Source: a virus (taxonomy: Duplodnaviria > Heunggongvirae > Uroviricota > Caudoviricetes). Taken from it: 64,000 nt of DNA. The notes beneath the pieces were generated by a model, which was not told where the DNA came from, did no database searches, and worked only from the letters and a program-made list of their open reading frames with translations. The position numbers and the translations under genes are program-made. The stretch lies in IMG/VR virus record IMGVR_UViG_3300032782_000004, one strand, 5' to 3'. Positions 1-10,327 of the stretch are shown here, piece by piece. Each line of letters starts with the position of its first letter. The stretch's first letter is position 1.

Positions 1-99
1 CGAGCAGGCTCGGCCAAAGCGCGCGCAACCGTTTGAGGATCCCCCACGGCCCAACGCCGTTGACGAGAACGAGCGTTGCGCCGACAAGCGCGATCCAAA

Positions 100-3000
100 T
101 CATGCGACTACCTGGAACACGGCCCCGTTGTGCCCTGCTACACCGGCCGCGCCGCCCAGTCCCGAACCTGCGGCACCGCCGGCCACGTTGAGCGTTGGAA
201 ATGCCGTGAAGAACGGCGGCAAAAAAGCTGTTTGCGCACTGGTCAAAACGATCAATCCGCCGCCGCCGCCGCCTCCGCCGCCACCGCCAGGACCGCTTCC
301 AGCAGAGCCGGTCGCGTTGCCTCCGGCGCCTCCGACTGCACTGATCGTCCCTGAACCGGTAATTATGGGCGACGCGATCAGCACTACGCCTCCGCCTCCG
401 CCGCCGCCGCCGCCGGAGCTTGTTCCGCCACCCCCGCTGGTTCCGCCTCCGCCCCCGCCGCCGCCCCCGCCACCAGCGACTTGATTGATCCCAACACCAA
501 ATAGCGTCCCGGTCGAGGATCCCATGGCGGCGAAAAGCGAACCGCCGCTAGCGATGCCCGGCCCATACGTTCCAGCGGATCCGCCGGCTGCGAGACCCGT
601 ACCGCCGGCACCGCCGTTACAGAACCCGGGTGCGTAAGGGGCCATCGGCGCGTACACCGCATTGGCCGGCGACACGCTTGAAGCTGGGTGTCCTACGGCT
701 GTGACAGCGCCGCCAGCACCGCCCGGCGCGCCAGCGAGCAGCGTCCCGCCGCCACCGCCCGATCCTGCTGTGGCGCCGGATCCTGCTGTGCCTGAATTAT
801 CTACAGTGCCGTTGATGGTAGCCGATACGTTCGCGTAGATCCTGTATCCATTCGATTGAATACGAACGGTCGAATCTAGAAGCAGTGAAGTGGCGTACAG
901 ATCTCTGTTCAAAACATATATTGCATCGACCGGTACTATGCCGGCCACAGTCGACGTGCCATCGAAGTGCAACGCGAGATCAGCGCCGTTACCGTACCAT
1001 CCGTAAGATATTTGAGGGCCTGTCCCGATTTGCTGGCATACCCAATCGAGTGCCTCCATCTCGGCGACCACGAACCCATTAGTCCCCGGGGGTAGAGTCG
1101 CTATCACAGTGCCGGCATTGTTCTTGACTTCCAAGAAATACGGCGCCGCGTCCCCTCTTACGATCTGTAGCGTGTCTCCGAAGCGTTCCCCGCCACCGGT
1201 TTTGATCGTTACCGCGAGGTTGTTGGTGAGCCCCGCAGAGGGCGTCAAATACTGATTGCCTGAGTTTCCTCCTGTGTAACCGCCACTGGCGCCGGTGCCA
1301 TTGAGCGACACGCTTACCGATCCGGTAGAAGGCAACGTTGCACCCACTACCGGTGCGGCGGTTACACCGCCGACGATCAAGACAATAGTCGAGGCGCTGC
1401 GCGTGCCGCCGGTCTCCAAGAAACTGGACCATGACGGTCCGTCGAACGTAGCTGTCGCAGCCGTTAGTGCGGTGGCTTTCAAAAATTGACAGTTGCTGAA
1501 CACTGCCAATTGGTTGACTGAAATGGAATTGGTGTTGAGCTTAGTACCGAGCGCGCTAAGCGTTTGCGCTGTAAGCGATCCTCCAGAGAATACCGACGTG
1601 TACATGTAAACGGCGGCGTTAGACGCCCCCGCTCCGGCAGTGACGTTGCCGAAGATCGTGACGTTCGTGAAATACACTAAAGCGAGTTTGGAAGTCGTAT
1701 GCGAATCGAATGCGCCGAGTATCCCGCCCGAAGCGGCACCGACTTCATCACCGCCAAATATCACAGAGGAGGTCGGTGCTCCGGCGTCGTCGGTTACAGT
1801 GAAATTTCCTGTTACGGTGATGTTATGTACAGCTACGACCGCTGAGGAACCGGCATGGGCTCCCGCCGCGTTGTTCCACGTCAAGCTGCCGGATATGACC
1901 GTCCCGCCCGAGTTTGAGATAGAATCGCCGCGGAGCTCCGTCGAAGCGTACGGTGGGAATGAGACGCTCTCGACGTAGCCGTTCGTCGAGGGCATCATCC
2001 AACCGACATAGTTGGCGGCCGCATCGGCTGCGGAAGCGTTGGTCCGCGATGCGATAAACGATGCGATGGTCGCGTACGGTTGAGCGGCGGAGCCGTTGTG
2101 CACGGTCGATGTCGTGTCGCCGTCGATGAACCGCTGACGGGACAGCGGCAACGCGCCAGGGCCCGTCGCACCGGTGGCGCCAGGATTACCTGCCGCGCCG
2201 GTCGCGCCGATTGCACCGGTCGGACCTGTACGTCCCGTCGACCCGGTCGCGCCAGTCGCCCCGACGCCGCCAGCGGCACCGGCCGCACCTGTAGGCCCTG
2301 TCGCACCGGCGACACCTGCGGCGCCCGCGGCTCCCGTAGGACCGGTCGCGCCCCCACTACCCGCGGGACCGGTTCGTCCGGTAGCCCCAGTCGCGCCGGC
2401 CGCTCCGGCGCTCCCAGTCGGACCGGTCACGCCGGCGGTGCCGGCGGCTCCGGTCGGTCCGGTACTTCCACCGCTTCCGGCAGCTCCCGTCGGGCCCGTA
2501 ACACCGGCCGCGCCAGCGCTCCCCGTCGGACCGGTTCGCCCCGTCGCGCCAGTCGGCCCGGTTGATCCCGTTGCACTTGCCGCCCCAGGCGCGCCCGTCG
2601 CACCGGTCGGTCCCGTAGCGCTCGCGCCGGTAGCTCCCGTCGCGCCTCCGGCGCCGGTCGGTCCGGTATTTCCAGTCGATCCGCTGCCGGCGGCCCCCGT
2701 AGCGCCGGTTGCGCCGGTTGCCCCACCTACTCCCGCTGCGCCCGTCGCGCCGGTCGTGCCAACGGGGCCAGTCGGTCCGGTTCCGAGCGGCCCTGTCGGA
2801 CCGGTAGGCCCAGTCGCGCCTGCGCCCGTCGATCCAGTGGCGCCGGTAGGCCCAGAGCCCCCGACCGATCCTGTCGGTCCGGTGCTCCCGGTTGGGCCCG
2901 TTCCGAGGGGACCAGTTGGGCCGGTTGATCCGGTGTTCGCGGCGGCGCCCGCCGGACCGGTAAATCCCGTCGGTCCGGTGTACCCCGTCACGCCTGTCGC

Positions 3001-3684
3001 ACCGGTATTCGCCGCCGCACCTGCGGGCCCAGTGCTGCCGGTCGGTCCCGTCGAACCTGTACCGCCGGTGCTACCTGTTGGGCCCGTCCCGATCGCGCCG
3101 GTGGGCCCGGTCACGCCGGCGGGCCCCGTCGATCCGGTGCTTCCAGAAGCGCCCACAGAGCCTGTGGGCCCACTGGCTCCGGTTGAACCGGCCGGTCCGG
3201 CGCTCCCCGTCGGGCCGGTCGCGACGGCGCCGGTGGCACCGATCGGCCCCGTTGCGCCGGTGCTACCGGTAGGGCCCGTACCGATCGGACCGGTCGCTCC
3301 GGTAGGTCCAGTTGATCCAGTGTTCGCGGCGGCGCCGGCTGGGCCGGTCTGCCCCGTAGCGCCGGTAGGCCCCGTCGATCCGGTATTCGCAGCAGTCCCG
3401 GCCGGGCCTGTTTGCCCGGGCGCGCCCGTCGGCCCCGATGCGCCGGTCACACCCGTCGCGCCGGCAGCTCCTGTTGCTCCGGTTGATCCGCTCCCGGTGG
3501 GGCCCGTCACGCCGGCGATACCGGGGGCCCCTGTCGGCCCCGTCGATCCGGTCGGGCCGCCTACGGGGCCAGTCGGTCCGGTTGGGCCCGTAGCCCCGGT
3601 GATGCCCGTGCTTCCGCCGCCCCCGCCGCTTTTACCGGGCTCTGGATAAGTCTCACCCCGTATTCTGCCGGCGATGCGGGCCAT
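100..3684 (-). CDS. collagen-like tail fiber/tailspike protein with beta-helix domain and poly-Gly C-terminus
   Basis: 1194-aa ORF. The N-terminal ~600 aa are uninterrupted Gly-X-Y triplets ([13 protein letters not shown]...). The central region has beta-helix-like repeats ([22 protein letters not shown]). The C-terminus is poly-Gly. A GGAAGAGGA RBS-like sequence lies upstream of the ATG at 3682-3684. Confidence 0.6.
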   Translation of the reverse strand: MARIAGRIRGETYPEPGKSGGGGGSTGITGATGPTGPTGPVGGPTGSTGPTGAPGIAGVTGPTGSGSTGATGAAGATGVTGASGPTGAPGQTGPAGTAANTGSTGPTGATGQTGPAGAAANTGSTGPTGATGPIGTGPTGSTGATGPIGATGAVATGPTGSAGPAGSTGASGPTGSVGASGSTGSTGPAGVTGPTGAIGTGPTGSTGGTGSTGPTGSTGPAGAAANTGATGVTGYTGPTGFTGPAGAAANTGSTGPTGPLGTGPTGSTGPTGSVGGSGPTGATGSTGAGATGPTGPTGPLGTGPTGPVGTTGATGAAGVGGATGATGATGAAGSGSTGNTGPTGAGGATGATGASATGPTGATGAPGAASATGSTGPTGATGRTGPTGSAGAAGVTGPTGAAGSGGSTGPTGAAGTAGVTGPTGSAGAAGATGATGRTGPAGSGGATGPTGAAGAAGVAGATGPTGAAGAAGGVGATGATGSTGRTGPTGAIGATGAAGNPGATGATGPGALPLSRQRFIDGDTTSTVHNGSAAQPYATIASFIASRTNASAADAAANYVGWMMPSTNGYVESVSFPPYASTELRGDSISNSGGTVISGSLTWNNAAGAHAGSSAVVAVHNITVTGNFTVTDDAGAPTSSVIFGGDEVGAASGGILGAFDSHTTSKLALVYFTNVTIFGNVTAGAGASNAAVYMYTSVFSGGSLTAQTLSALGTKLNTNSISVNQLAVFSNCQFLKATALTAATATFDGPSWSSFLETGGTRSASTIVLIVGGVTAAPVVGATLPSTGSVSVSLNGTGASGGYTGGNSGNQYLTPSAGLTNNLAVTIKTGGGERFGDTLQIVRGDAAPYFLEVKNNAGTVIATLPPGTNGFVVAEMEALDWVCQQIGTGPQISYGWYGNGADLALHFDGTSTVAGIVPVDAIYVLNRDLYATSLLLDSTVRIQSNGYRIYANVSATINGTVDNSGTAGSGATAGSGGGGGTLLAGAPGGAGGAVTAVGHPASSVSPANAVYAPMAPYAPGFCNGGAGGTGLAAGGSAGTYGPGIASGGSLFAAMGSSTGTLFGVGINQVAGGGGGGGGGGGTSGGGGTSSGGGGGGGGGVVLIASPIITGSGTISAVGGAGGNATGSAGSGPGGGGGGGGGGGLIVLTSAQTAFLPPFFTAFPTLNVAGGAAGSGLGGAAGVAGHNGAVFQVVA

Positions 3685-3724
3685 TGGTCCTCTTCCGAAT
3701 GCTCCGACCCGATCGCGGGGGAGA

Positions 3725-3934
3725 TTACTGCTTGTGCTGTGAGATCAACTCTGCGAGACGGCCCGCGACCTCCGGACGGAGCTTGATGTTGCCCATCGAT
3801 CCGTTTTCTGTGTCGCTGTCGGAAAGCTCGATGGATCCATCTTCGAACACGCGTACGGTCGGGCAACGCTTGAAGCCGCAACACACCAACAGCTCTTCGT
3901 GAACCAGTTTCGGCACAGGCGCCTCCTTTTTCAT
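3725..3934 (-). CDS. small hypothetical protein
   Basis: 69-aa ORF, 4-nt overlap with the upstream gene (translational coupling). No recognisable motif. Confidence 0.3.
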   Translation of the reverse strand: MKKEAPVPKLVHEELLVCCGFKRCPTVRVFEDGSIELSDSDTENGSMGNIKLRPEVAGRLAELISQHKQ

Positions 3935-4470
3935 CCGGTCGCGACGGCGACCTCTTGCACGTCGAGTGTCGACGATTCGGCGACGGCGCTGATCGCGTCA
4001 CTGCCGCCGGCGATCACCAAGATTTGAACGTTCACGGTCACGCCGATCGTGAGACCGGTCGCTTCGGCCAAAAAGGGGATCGCTTCGAATCCGTCGGCGT
4101 CGACCGTCGCATTTTCCGCATTCGGGAACGTGAGCGAAACGTCGTTGACTTGGACTTCCACCTGAGCGGCGACGGCCGAACCTGTCGAATTCTTGAGTGA
4201 GATGACTCCTGAGATGCGCACGACGCCGGTTGACTGCGGCGTGATCGGGACATCGACACCAGCCGGTGCGCCGCTGTCGATCACCTCCCACGGGATTTGC
4301 GTCCCGCCGCCAGCGGCGATGGATGTCGTCAACGTCGGGCCCGCCGCGAAGTTCCGCGCGAAGGGAGACGCAGCACTGCCTCCTCCACGTCGCTCGTCGT
4401 AAACGTGACGCGCGTAGGCGCGTCCGATTCGAAAGGACATCTCACTGACTCCTGGCGCGCGCGCGCGCAT
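3931..4470 (-). CDS. hypothetical protein (putative virion-associated)
   Basis: 179-aa ORF in the structural gene block, co-directional with its neighbours. No motif recognised. Confidence 0.35.
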   Translation of the reverse strand: MRARAPGVSEMSFRIGRAYARHVYDERRGGGSAASPFARNFAAGPTLTTSIAAGGGTQIPWEVIDSGAPAGVDVPITPQSTGVVRISGVISLKNSTGSAVAAQVEVQVNDVSLTFPNAENATVDADGFEAIPFLAEATGLTIGVTVNVQILVIAGGSDAISAVAESSTLDVQEVAVATG

Positions 4471-4692
4471 CGATGAATTCGGTCACCGTCATCGGCACGA
4501 GCCCGTGAACGACCAGGAAGTCGAGGAATACGGTCCCGATGCGGTTCGATAGCAGTCGCGCGACCGTGGCGTCCCAGTCGGAGTACACGAGAGCTTGCTG
4601 CCCCGCATCCCACTCCGGCGATTTCAGATAAGCAGAGCATGCGCGCTGCTCGTCCAGTTGTGCCTTGGTGATCATGACTTGCATGGAAGCCT

Positions 4693-5832
4693 CTACTTTC
4701 GCTTCTTCCTGTGAGCGCTCTTGCTCTTGCGCGGCGCTGCTCTGCGAATGGTTGTCGTTCGCGTTGTCGTACGCTTGCTGCCCGCGGCGACCGCGATCAC
4801 GCCGATGATCGCCGCGATCCCGAGCGAACCGGCAACGATCGCGCCCGTCGACAGACCCGTCGACTGTGGAGGTGTGACAGTCGGTTGAGCTGACGGCGCA
4901 GTCGTTGGGATCGGAAGCGTCGCGGTTGGCGCCGTTGACGGCAGTGGGATCACCGACGGGAGCGACGCGGGCGTTGGAAGAGCTGTCGGAATAGACGGGA
5001 GCGATGGGAGCGATGGCAACGGCGCCGCCGGCGTCGGGAGAGGTGCCGGAGACGGAAGAGGGGCAGGCAGCGGCAGCGGCAACGCGCCTCCGCCCATGCA
5101 GTTGCTCTGTCCCGTCGGCGTCCACCACGCCGGGCGTGGGCTGCACCCCGCCGGCGCACTCGGAACGAACTTCTGGAGAGCAGCGGCCGTCGCGGGGCCG
5201 TACTTGCCGTCCGCGGTAACGCCGAGCGCTAGTTGCGCGGCGCATACCAGCGCGACGTTGGCCGGATTGCACGGATCAATCGAAGCGAGCGCTTGCGCGG
5301 CCGCTGGAACCGCAACCGGCGTCACCGTCGGAATCGTCGGCAGCGACGGAAGAGCTGTCGGGAGCGAAGGCAAAATTGACGGGAGCGAAGGCAACGCCGG
5401 CGCGGGAGCAGATCCCACCGCCGCCGCCCAAGTCTTCGGCCCGACGATACCGTCCGCATCGAGGCCGTGAGCCGCTTGCCACGACTTCGTCGCTGCTTGC
5501 GTGTTCGGCCCGAATAAGCCGTCGGCCGTCACGCCGATGATGGTTTGCCACAACGCGACGTCCGCGTCCGCGACATGCGGGCCGGGATTGGTGATGCTGA
5601 TCTGCTTGTGGGGCGCGTTGAGCGGTGCCGGTGCGATAGCGCCGACGAATCCGACGCCGGCAGCGCTCGGGACGTTGAGCGCTTCGCCGCGACTGATCGA
5701 TTGCCACGTGCGCACGCCTGCGACCATCTTGGTCGGTTTTTGCGGGTTTGCGTTGATGAGCGAGCTCATCGGAACGCCGAACCTGCGGGCGATCATCGTC
5801 GGGCTTTCGCCCGCTCTTACGGAATAGCGCAT
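4693..5832 (-). CDS. LysM + peptidoglycan-binding (PG_binding_1-like) protein with Pro-rich linker and C-terminal TM anchor plus poly-basic tail
   Basis: N-terminus YSVRAGESPTMIARRFGV...LINANP is a LysM-like fold. ADGLFGPNTQAATKSWQAAHGLDADGIVGPKTWAAA is a PG-binding repeat. Pro-rich PLPSLPS linker. C-terminal hydrophobic segment IVAGSLGIAAIIGVIAVAA followed by a KRK-rich tail. Confidence 0.6.
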   Translation of the reverse strand: MRYSVRAGESPTMIARRFGVPMSSLINANPQKPTKMVAGVRTWQSISRGEALNVPSAAGVGFVGAIAPAPLNAPHKQISITNPGPHVADADVALWQTIIGVTADGLFGPNTQAATKSWQAAHGLDADGIVGPKTWAAAVGSAPAPALPSLPSILPSLPTALPSLPTIPTVTPVAVPAAAQALASIDPCNPANVALVCAAQLALGVTADGKYGPATAAALQKFVPSAPAGCSPRPAWWTPTGQSNCMGGGALPLPLPAPLPSPAPLPTPAAPLPSLPSLPSIPTALPTPASLPSVIPLPSTAPTATLPIPTTAPSAQPTVTPPQSTGLSTGAIVAGSLGIAAIIGVIAVAAGSKRTTTRTTTIRRAAPRKSKSAHRKKRK

Positions 5833-6674
5833 CAGCGTCTCCTTCTACGTCGACCCTTCCCGCCCTTCGAGGCGGCGAAAACGATTCCGCCGATTCCGGC
5901 GACGAGCGCCGAACCGATCAGCACCTTCTTGGTCATCGGCGTCATCATCGACGCGGCCGCGACCGTGGGAGCGGGTTGCACTTGGCAGTACTGTTTGGTC
6001 GGATCGGGGAACGGCGTCGGAAAATCCGCCGGGTGCATCCCCGCGATCATGATGAGCGCGCACAACGTGTCTTCGTCGAAGGCGCCATCGGTGCGCAGCG
6101 TCTTGCTCGGGCTCACCATCTGCTGCGCACTGGGGCCGTAATTGTTGTTGTACCAAGCCTGAAAGCAACCGGCTTCCAAGTTGATGGCCGGGCCCCACGT
6201 CGGGCACGGAGCGTTCCCATTCGCGATGATCTTGGCGTTGAGCGTGTTGAGCGAAGTCGTAACCCACGTCTGTTGTGCGAGGGATAGCAACGCCCAGATG
6301 TCCGGATCTCCCGGACCGCCGAGCGCGAATCCGAGCGCCCTCGCGCCGCCGAACGAGATCTGTTCCCCGAGGACTCCTTGTGCATGTTGCATGGCAAGCG
6401 TTCCTTTGCAGCCGGAACATCCTGGATGTGCCAGCGCTCTCTGTTGAACATGGAGGCAATCCGCGGCGCGCAGCCCCTCGTCGGTTGGGCCTTGTACCGG
6501 GACGTCGGTGACAAAATTCGGATGCCCGTACGCTTGCGCGGGGGTCACGGGAACCTCGGGATCGGCACCGCAATCAGTGGCTGTTGTGGCAGTACCGAAG
6601 GTACAGCACCCACAACTCCGCCCACGCCGGCGACTACTCTTGCTCCGATGCGGCTCATGGGAACCTCGTGCCAC
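5832..6674 (-). CDS. Cys-rich tail-anchored membrane protein (C-terminal TM + RRRRRR)
   Basis: 280-aa ORF with many Cys. C-terminal hydrophobic helix LIGSALVAGIGGIVFAA followed by GGKGRRRRRR. Start overlaps the stop of the upstream gene. Confidence 0.4.
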   Translation of the reverse strand: MARGSHEPHRSKSSRRRGRSCGCCTFGTATTATDCGADPEVPVTPAQAYGHPNFVTDVPVQGPTDEGLRAADCLHVQQRALAHPGCSGCKGTLAMQHAQGVLGEQISFGGARALGFALGGPGDPDIWALLSLAQQTWVTTSLNTLNAKIIANGNAPCPTWGPAINLEAGCFQAWYNNNYGPSAQQMVSPSKTLRTDGAFDEDTLCALIMIAGMHPADFPTPFPDPTKQYCQVQPAPTVAAASMMTPMTKKVLIGSALVAGIGGIVFAASKGGKGRRRRRR

Positions 6675-7028
6675 TTACGCCGGAAGAGTCCACTTTAGGG
6701 CACTCATTCGAGGTAAAAATGGCCGCAATCAGACCGCCGGCTAGCGATGCGCCAAGAACTGCGCCGGCAATTGGATGTTTTTTCGATACGGCTGATAGTG
6801 CGGCGCCGCCTATCGCTGAAGCAACTCCACCGCCAGCCGCAAGACCAATCCGTGTCGGCAGAAGCTGAGAATCAATTCTGGCTTGATCTTCTTTGGAATT
6901 AAGCAGGCCGCACATGAATCCGGTATCGAACATGCTGTTGATCACCGCGCTGCCTATTGTTGCTCCGACAAGAGCTGCTGTTTTGCTATCGAACAGCGCG
7001 CCCAAACCACCTAGCATCGCAATGCTAG
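6655..7028 (-). CDS. glycine-zipper small membrane protein
   Basis: Internal ATG at 7026-7028 of ORF 6655..7653. Product MLGGLGALFDSKTAALVGATIGSAV...GGGVASAIGGAALSAV is rich in GxxxG motifs. The upstream part of the listed ORF is Arg-rich junk in a region that is open in many frames. Confidence 0.35.
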
Positions 7029-7100
7029 CTGCTGCTCCGACAGCGGCTCTTGCGCGATCTCTCGCTGGAGGCACTGATGTGATCTGTTCTCCGAGAAAAG

Positions 7101-7339
7101 TCACGGGAACCTCGCTTGAAGCTGACGCGGCGGCCCACTGACCGTACCGGACGGCTTCGCGCAATCGGCGCCCGCACCGACCGCGGCTCCTACGGCGCCG
7201 CCGATCACGGCGCCATAGAGTACCGCGTAATCCGCGTGCTTCCGCTTTGCTCGGAGAGCTTCGCTCAAGTACGCACTGCCGATAGCCCCGAGCAATACGC
7301 CGGCGCCGCCGCCGAATCCTGCGCCAAGTCGGCTCATGG
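7101..7339 (-). CDS. glycine-zipper small membrane protein
   Basis: ATG at 7337-7339 is preceded by GGGAGGG. ATGA overlap with the stop of the 7334..8227 gene. Product MSRLGAGFGGGAGVLLGAIGSAY...AVIGGAVGAAVGAG. Confidence 0.4.
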
Positions 7340-8227
7340 CACGTCCCTCCCGAGGTTCTCCTCGAATACGAGCGCGCCCGCGATAGTCCCGTACTGTGCG
7401 AACGCGCTGTACGCGACGACGAACTGATCTTCCGGGCACAGCGCCGCGAACGGTTGCGAATACGAGAAAGAGTCGGCGAGCGACGGATTCGTCGTGGGAT
7501 CGTTTTGCCGTACGCTCGCGAACAGTGCGACGTCACAGGGAACAGGTACCGGTATGTCGAGCGCGAGCTCGCTCCAATCGGTACGCCACGGATAACGAAG
7601 CTCGTGAATGTTGCCGAGGCTGGCGCCGATGGGCATGCCCCAGGGGCGGCCACCGTTCGGCGGCACGTACGGCGCGAGGCTCTGATAGAGGAGCGCCGAG
7701 CTCAACGCGTCTTGAAAGTTGATCCCGTCCGCGTTGCCCGGATTGCGCGTGTCGCGCTGGACCTTGTTGATGACCATCACGTGCCAGGAGATGTCACCGT
7801 CGAGCGGGTGCCAAAGCGGACTCGTGATCTCCTTGCGGAACGTGACGGTGCTACCTTCCGGAGGACCGCTACCCGTAGCCATCGGAGCGGTCCGCGCCGG
7901 AATGCGTGCGACGAGCTCGGCGTACTGACGGATGCCGACGAGACGCGCGCCGAGGTTGTCTGAACTCTGCTCACCGGAATTGAAACTGGCGCGCGCGAGC
8001 AGCATCAAGTAACGCGCGCCGCCGATCGCTGCGCTCGGCGTAGATGGGACAACGAGACCCGTGTACGCGTTCGTGTCATAAGCGTCGCTGCCGATGAACC
8101 CGAACTCCGGATTCGGGCCGCCCGTGACGATCTCGTACCGCCCATTGGCGAGCACCGAACGCAATCCGGCTGCCACCCCGCCGGGGTGTTTTTGCAGGCG
8201 GATCACGTTGTCGGTGCGAGAGTTCAT
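7334..8227 (-). CDS. hypothetical protein (putative virion component)
   Basis: 297-aa ORF, coupled to flanking genes by 4-nt overlaps. No motif recognised. Confidence 0.4.
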   Translation of the reverse strand: MNSRTDNVIRLQKHPGGVAAGLRSVLANGRYEIVTGGPNPEFGFIGSDAYDTNAYTGLVVPSTPSAAIGGARYLMLLARASFNSGEQSSDNLGARLVGIRQYAELVARIPARTAPMATGSGPPEGSTVTFRKEITSPLWHPLDGDISWHVMVINKVQRDTRNPGNADGINFQDALSSALLYQSLAPYVPPNGGRPWGMPIGASLGNIHELRYPWRTDWSELALDIPVPVPCDVALFASVRQNDPTTNPSLADSFSYSQPFAALCPEDQFVVAYSAFAQYGTIAGALVFEENLGRDVP

Positions 8228-8829
8228 TTATTCGGCAAGAGCACGCTGAGATCGGGCGTCTGGAGCCCGAGCTTTCGAAGACGAGCGCGCGCGTCTTCGT
8301 CGGAGATATCGTCGATCGTCTTGTCCAAAAACTGAAAGCCCGTGAACGTGATCCCGATGAGATACGGCACGCTCACCGGCGTTTGCGTCAAGATCGCGCT
8401 GACCTTCACGTTCGACTGCTTGTAAAGCGGCCATCCTGACGGCCACGTCATCGCGAACACGTCGAAGAGGTTACCGAGATCGGTGAACGTGTCGTTGACG
8501 TTGTACTTCGGACCGCCGTAGACCGCCATCTGTACGCCGACGCCGGTCTGCCCGCTCTGCTTGAGCTGGTTGAAATACGTCGATTGAAACGGGCTGCCCG
8601 GAAACGAATTCGGTTGAAAGAGATTGTAGGTCACGCGCGTGATGAGCGTGTCCTGCGTCAGGTTGTTCTGAAAGCTCTGCACGACCGGTGGCGCGTTGAC
8701 GACGCTCGATGAGAACTGGATCGGAATGTCCACGACAAGCGGGACGCGCGGAACACCGATCATCATGGCGTAGGCCATGCGGGGCGCGTAGAGCGCCAGA
8801 TTCGCGACGTTGTGGTCTCTCGGTTCCAT
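8224..8829 (-). CDS. hypothetical protein (putative virion component)
   Basis: 201-aa ORF with ordinary codon usage. 4-nt overlap with the downstream gene. Confidence 0.4.
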   Translation of the reverse strand: MEPRDHNVANLALYAPRMAYAMMIGVPRVPLVVDIPIQFSSSVVNAPPVVQSFQNNLTQDTLITRVTYNLFQPNSFPGSPFQSTYFNQLKQSGQTGVGVQMAVYGGPKYNVNDTFTDLGNLFDVFAMTWPSGWPLYKQSNVKVSAILTQTPVSVPYLIGITFTGFQFLDKTIDDISDEDARARLRKLGLQTPDLSVLLPNK

Positions 8830-8917
8830 TCAGATCTCCCGATCAAGTCCTCTGAAACAGAACGGGCGGCGCGGCGCTGTTTCGCCACGCCGCCCGTAGC
8901 TGCTTACGCCGTCAGGA

Positions 8918-10246
8918 TCAGGAGGCCGAGGCAGTCGGCTTCATGATCTGCGGCATGTTGTTTTCGCAGTAGGCCTTCCAGCCACCGGGCATTTCCCAGC
9001 CCTTGATCTTGATTCCGAGCTTCAAGATGCCGCCCTTGAAGACCTCGCGGCAGACGCCGACAGACTGCGGCACGAGCACCGGCGTCGCGTCGAGGGTCTG
9101 CTCGAGCATCGTGTTGACGCCACCGGCGACGATGGCCCCCGCAGTCGGAGTACCGGGAGTCGCCGGAGCGGGGAGCACGGCCGTCGTGCAGAGCAGGTTC
9201 TCGTCGGGCGAGATGTTCGAGCCGAGCGGATCGTTGTTGATCGAAACCGCCTCGAGCATGAGCGCCTGATGCACGGCGTCCTGTACCATGAACAGCATCC
9301 CGATGGGAATGCCGCGTTCGAGGAAACAAGGGCTCTCGATCGGGCGGTACATCTGACCGCGACAACCGTATCCTTGCCACCGGAGGCCGCCCCAGGTGAC
9401 GGGCGCGAGATCGAAGTCGCGCGTCGGGTGGAAGATACCGACGTTGTTCGTCGCGCTCCCGCCGTTGACGCTGCCGACTCGACGGAAGTTGACGGGCAGG
9501 AAGATCGTCGCCGATCCCTTCGAGCGGTATGTCGCGTTGACCGCGGCGACGAACTCGATGATGGCGATCTCGCTCGTCCCGCTTGCTTCGGCGTCGGCGA
9601 ACGAACCGAAGTACGACACGTCGGCGGCGATCTCGTTGAGGATGAGTTCACGTTGCGAGGTCTTCCACTGGAACTGGTAGGCGTTGATGAAGTTCCAGCC
9701 CGCGCGCCACACGTCGCCGCCGAAGATGAAATCGGCGGGCGTGAAGTTCGAACCGTCGGCGAGCACCTGAGTGCTCATCGCGCGATTGGTGAGATCGTTG
9801 ACGGTGAACACGTCGGGCGACGGCGGGGGGTTCACCGTCGTTGTCGGCGCGTTGAACGCATTTCCGATCGTCGAGAAGCTCATCGGCTCGTGAAAGACGT
9901 GTACGCCTACGCCCTGAGCGAGGATATCCGTCTGCAAGATGCCGTTGATGAGGAACGTCGAGTCGATCGACGCGACGCCTGGCACGCTGGAGCTGCCCGA
10001 GAGCAGATTCACCGTATCGCCCAGCGTGCTGATCGCCTCCTCGGCAGTGAGCGGCAACGGGATGGTCCAAACGACCTCCTCGATGACCGGGATGTTGCCG
10101 AAGGAGCAACGCAGACACTTGTCCGCACCGCGCAGATCGCCCGGCGCCGCGCCGAGACCGAACTGGAGACGGCGGGTCTTGTCTTGCGAATCGCCGAACC
10201 GCGCCGTTCTCCGGCCGACGATGCTTCTGTTGGTATTTCGAGCCAT
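8918..10246 (-). CDS. hypothetical virion structural protein (possible major capsid protein)
   Basis: 442-aa ORF, the largest non-repetitive ORF in the structural block, with composition typical of a globular protein. The capsid assignment rests on size and position only. Confidence 0.3.
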   Translation of the reverse strand: MARNTNRSIVGRRTARFGDSQDKTRRLQFGLGAAPGDLRGADKCLRCSFGNIPVIEEVVWTIPLPLTAEEAISTLGDTVNLLSGSSSVPGVASIDSTFLINGILQTDILAQGVGVHVFHEPMSFSTIGNAFNAPTTTVNPPPSPDVFTVNDLTNRAMSTQVLADGSNFTPADFIFGGDVWRAGWNFINAYQFQWKTSQRELILNEIAADVSYFGSFADAEASGTSEIAIIEFVAAVNATYRSKGSATIFLPVNFRRVGSVNGGSATNNVGIFHPTRDFDLAPVTWGGLRWQGYGCRGQMYRPIESPCFLERGIPIGMLFMVQDAVHQALMLEAVSINNDPLGSNISPDENLLCTTAVLPAPATPGTPTAGAIVAGGVNTMLEQTLDATPVLVPQSVGVCREVFKGGILKLGIKIKGWEMPGGWKAYCENNMPQIMKPTASAS

Positions 10247-10327
10247 GATCTTCGCTTCCTTTTTGCTCGCCGTTTCACAGGGCCGACGCGAGCGTTTTCA
10301 CCCTTCGAGAATTTCCGTGGTCGTTGT

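Noticed and set aside
128-3649. ORFs 128..484 (poly-Pro) and 2174..3649 (PV-rich) plus several others inside the collagen gene
   Set aside because: They are alternate-frame or antisense readings of GGC/CCG-rich collagen codons with no independent features.
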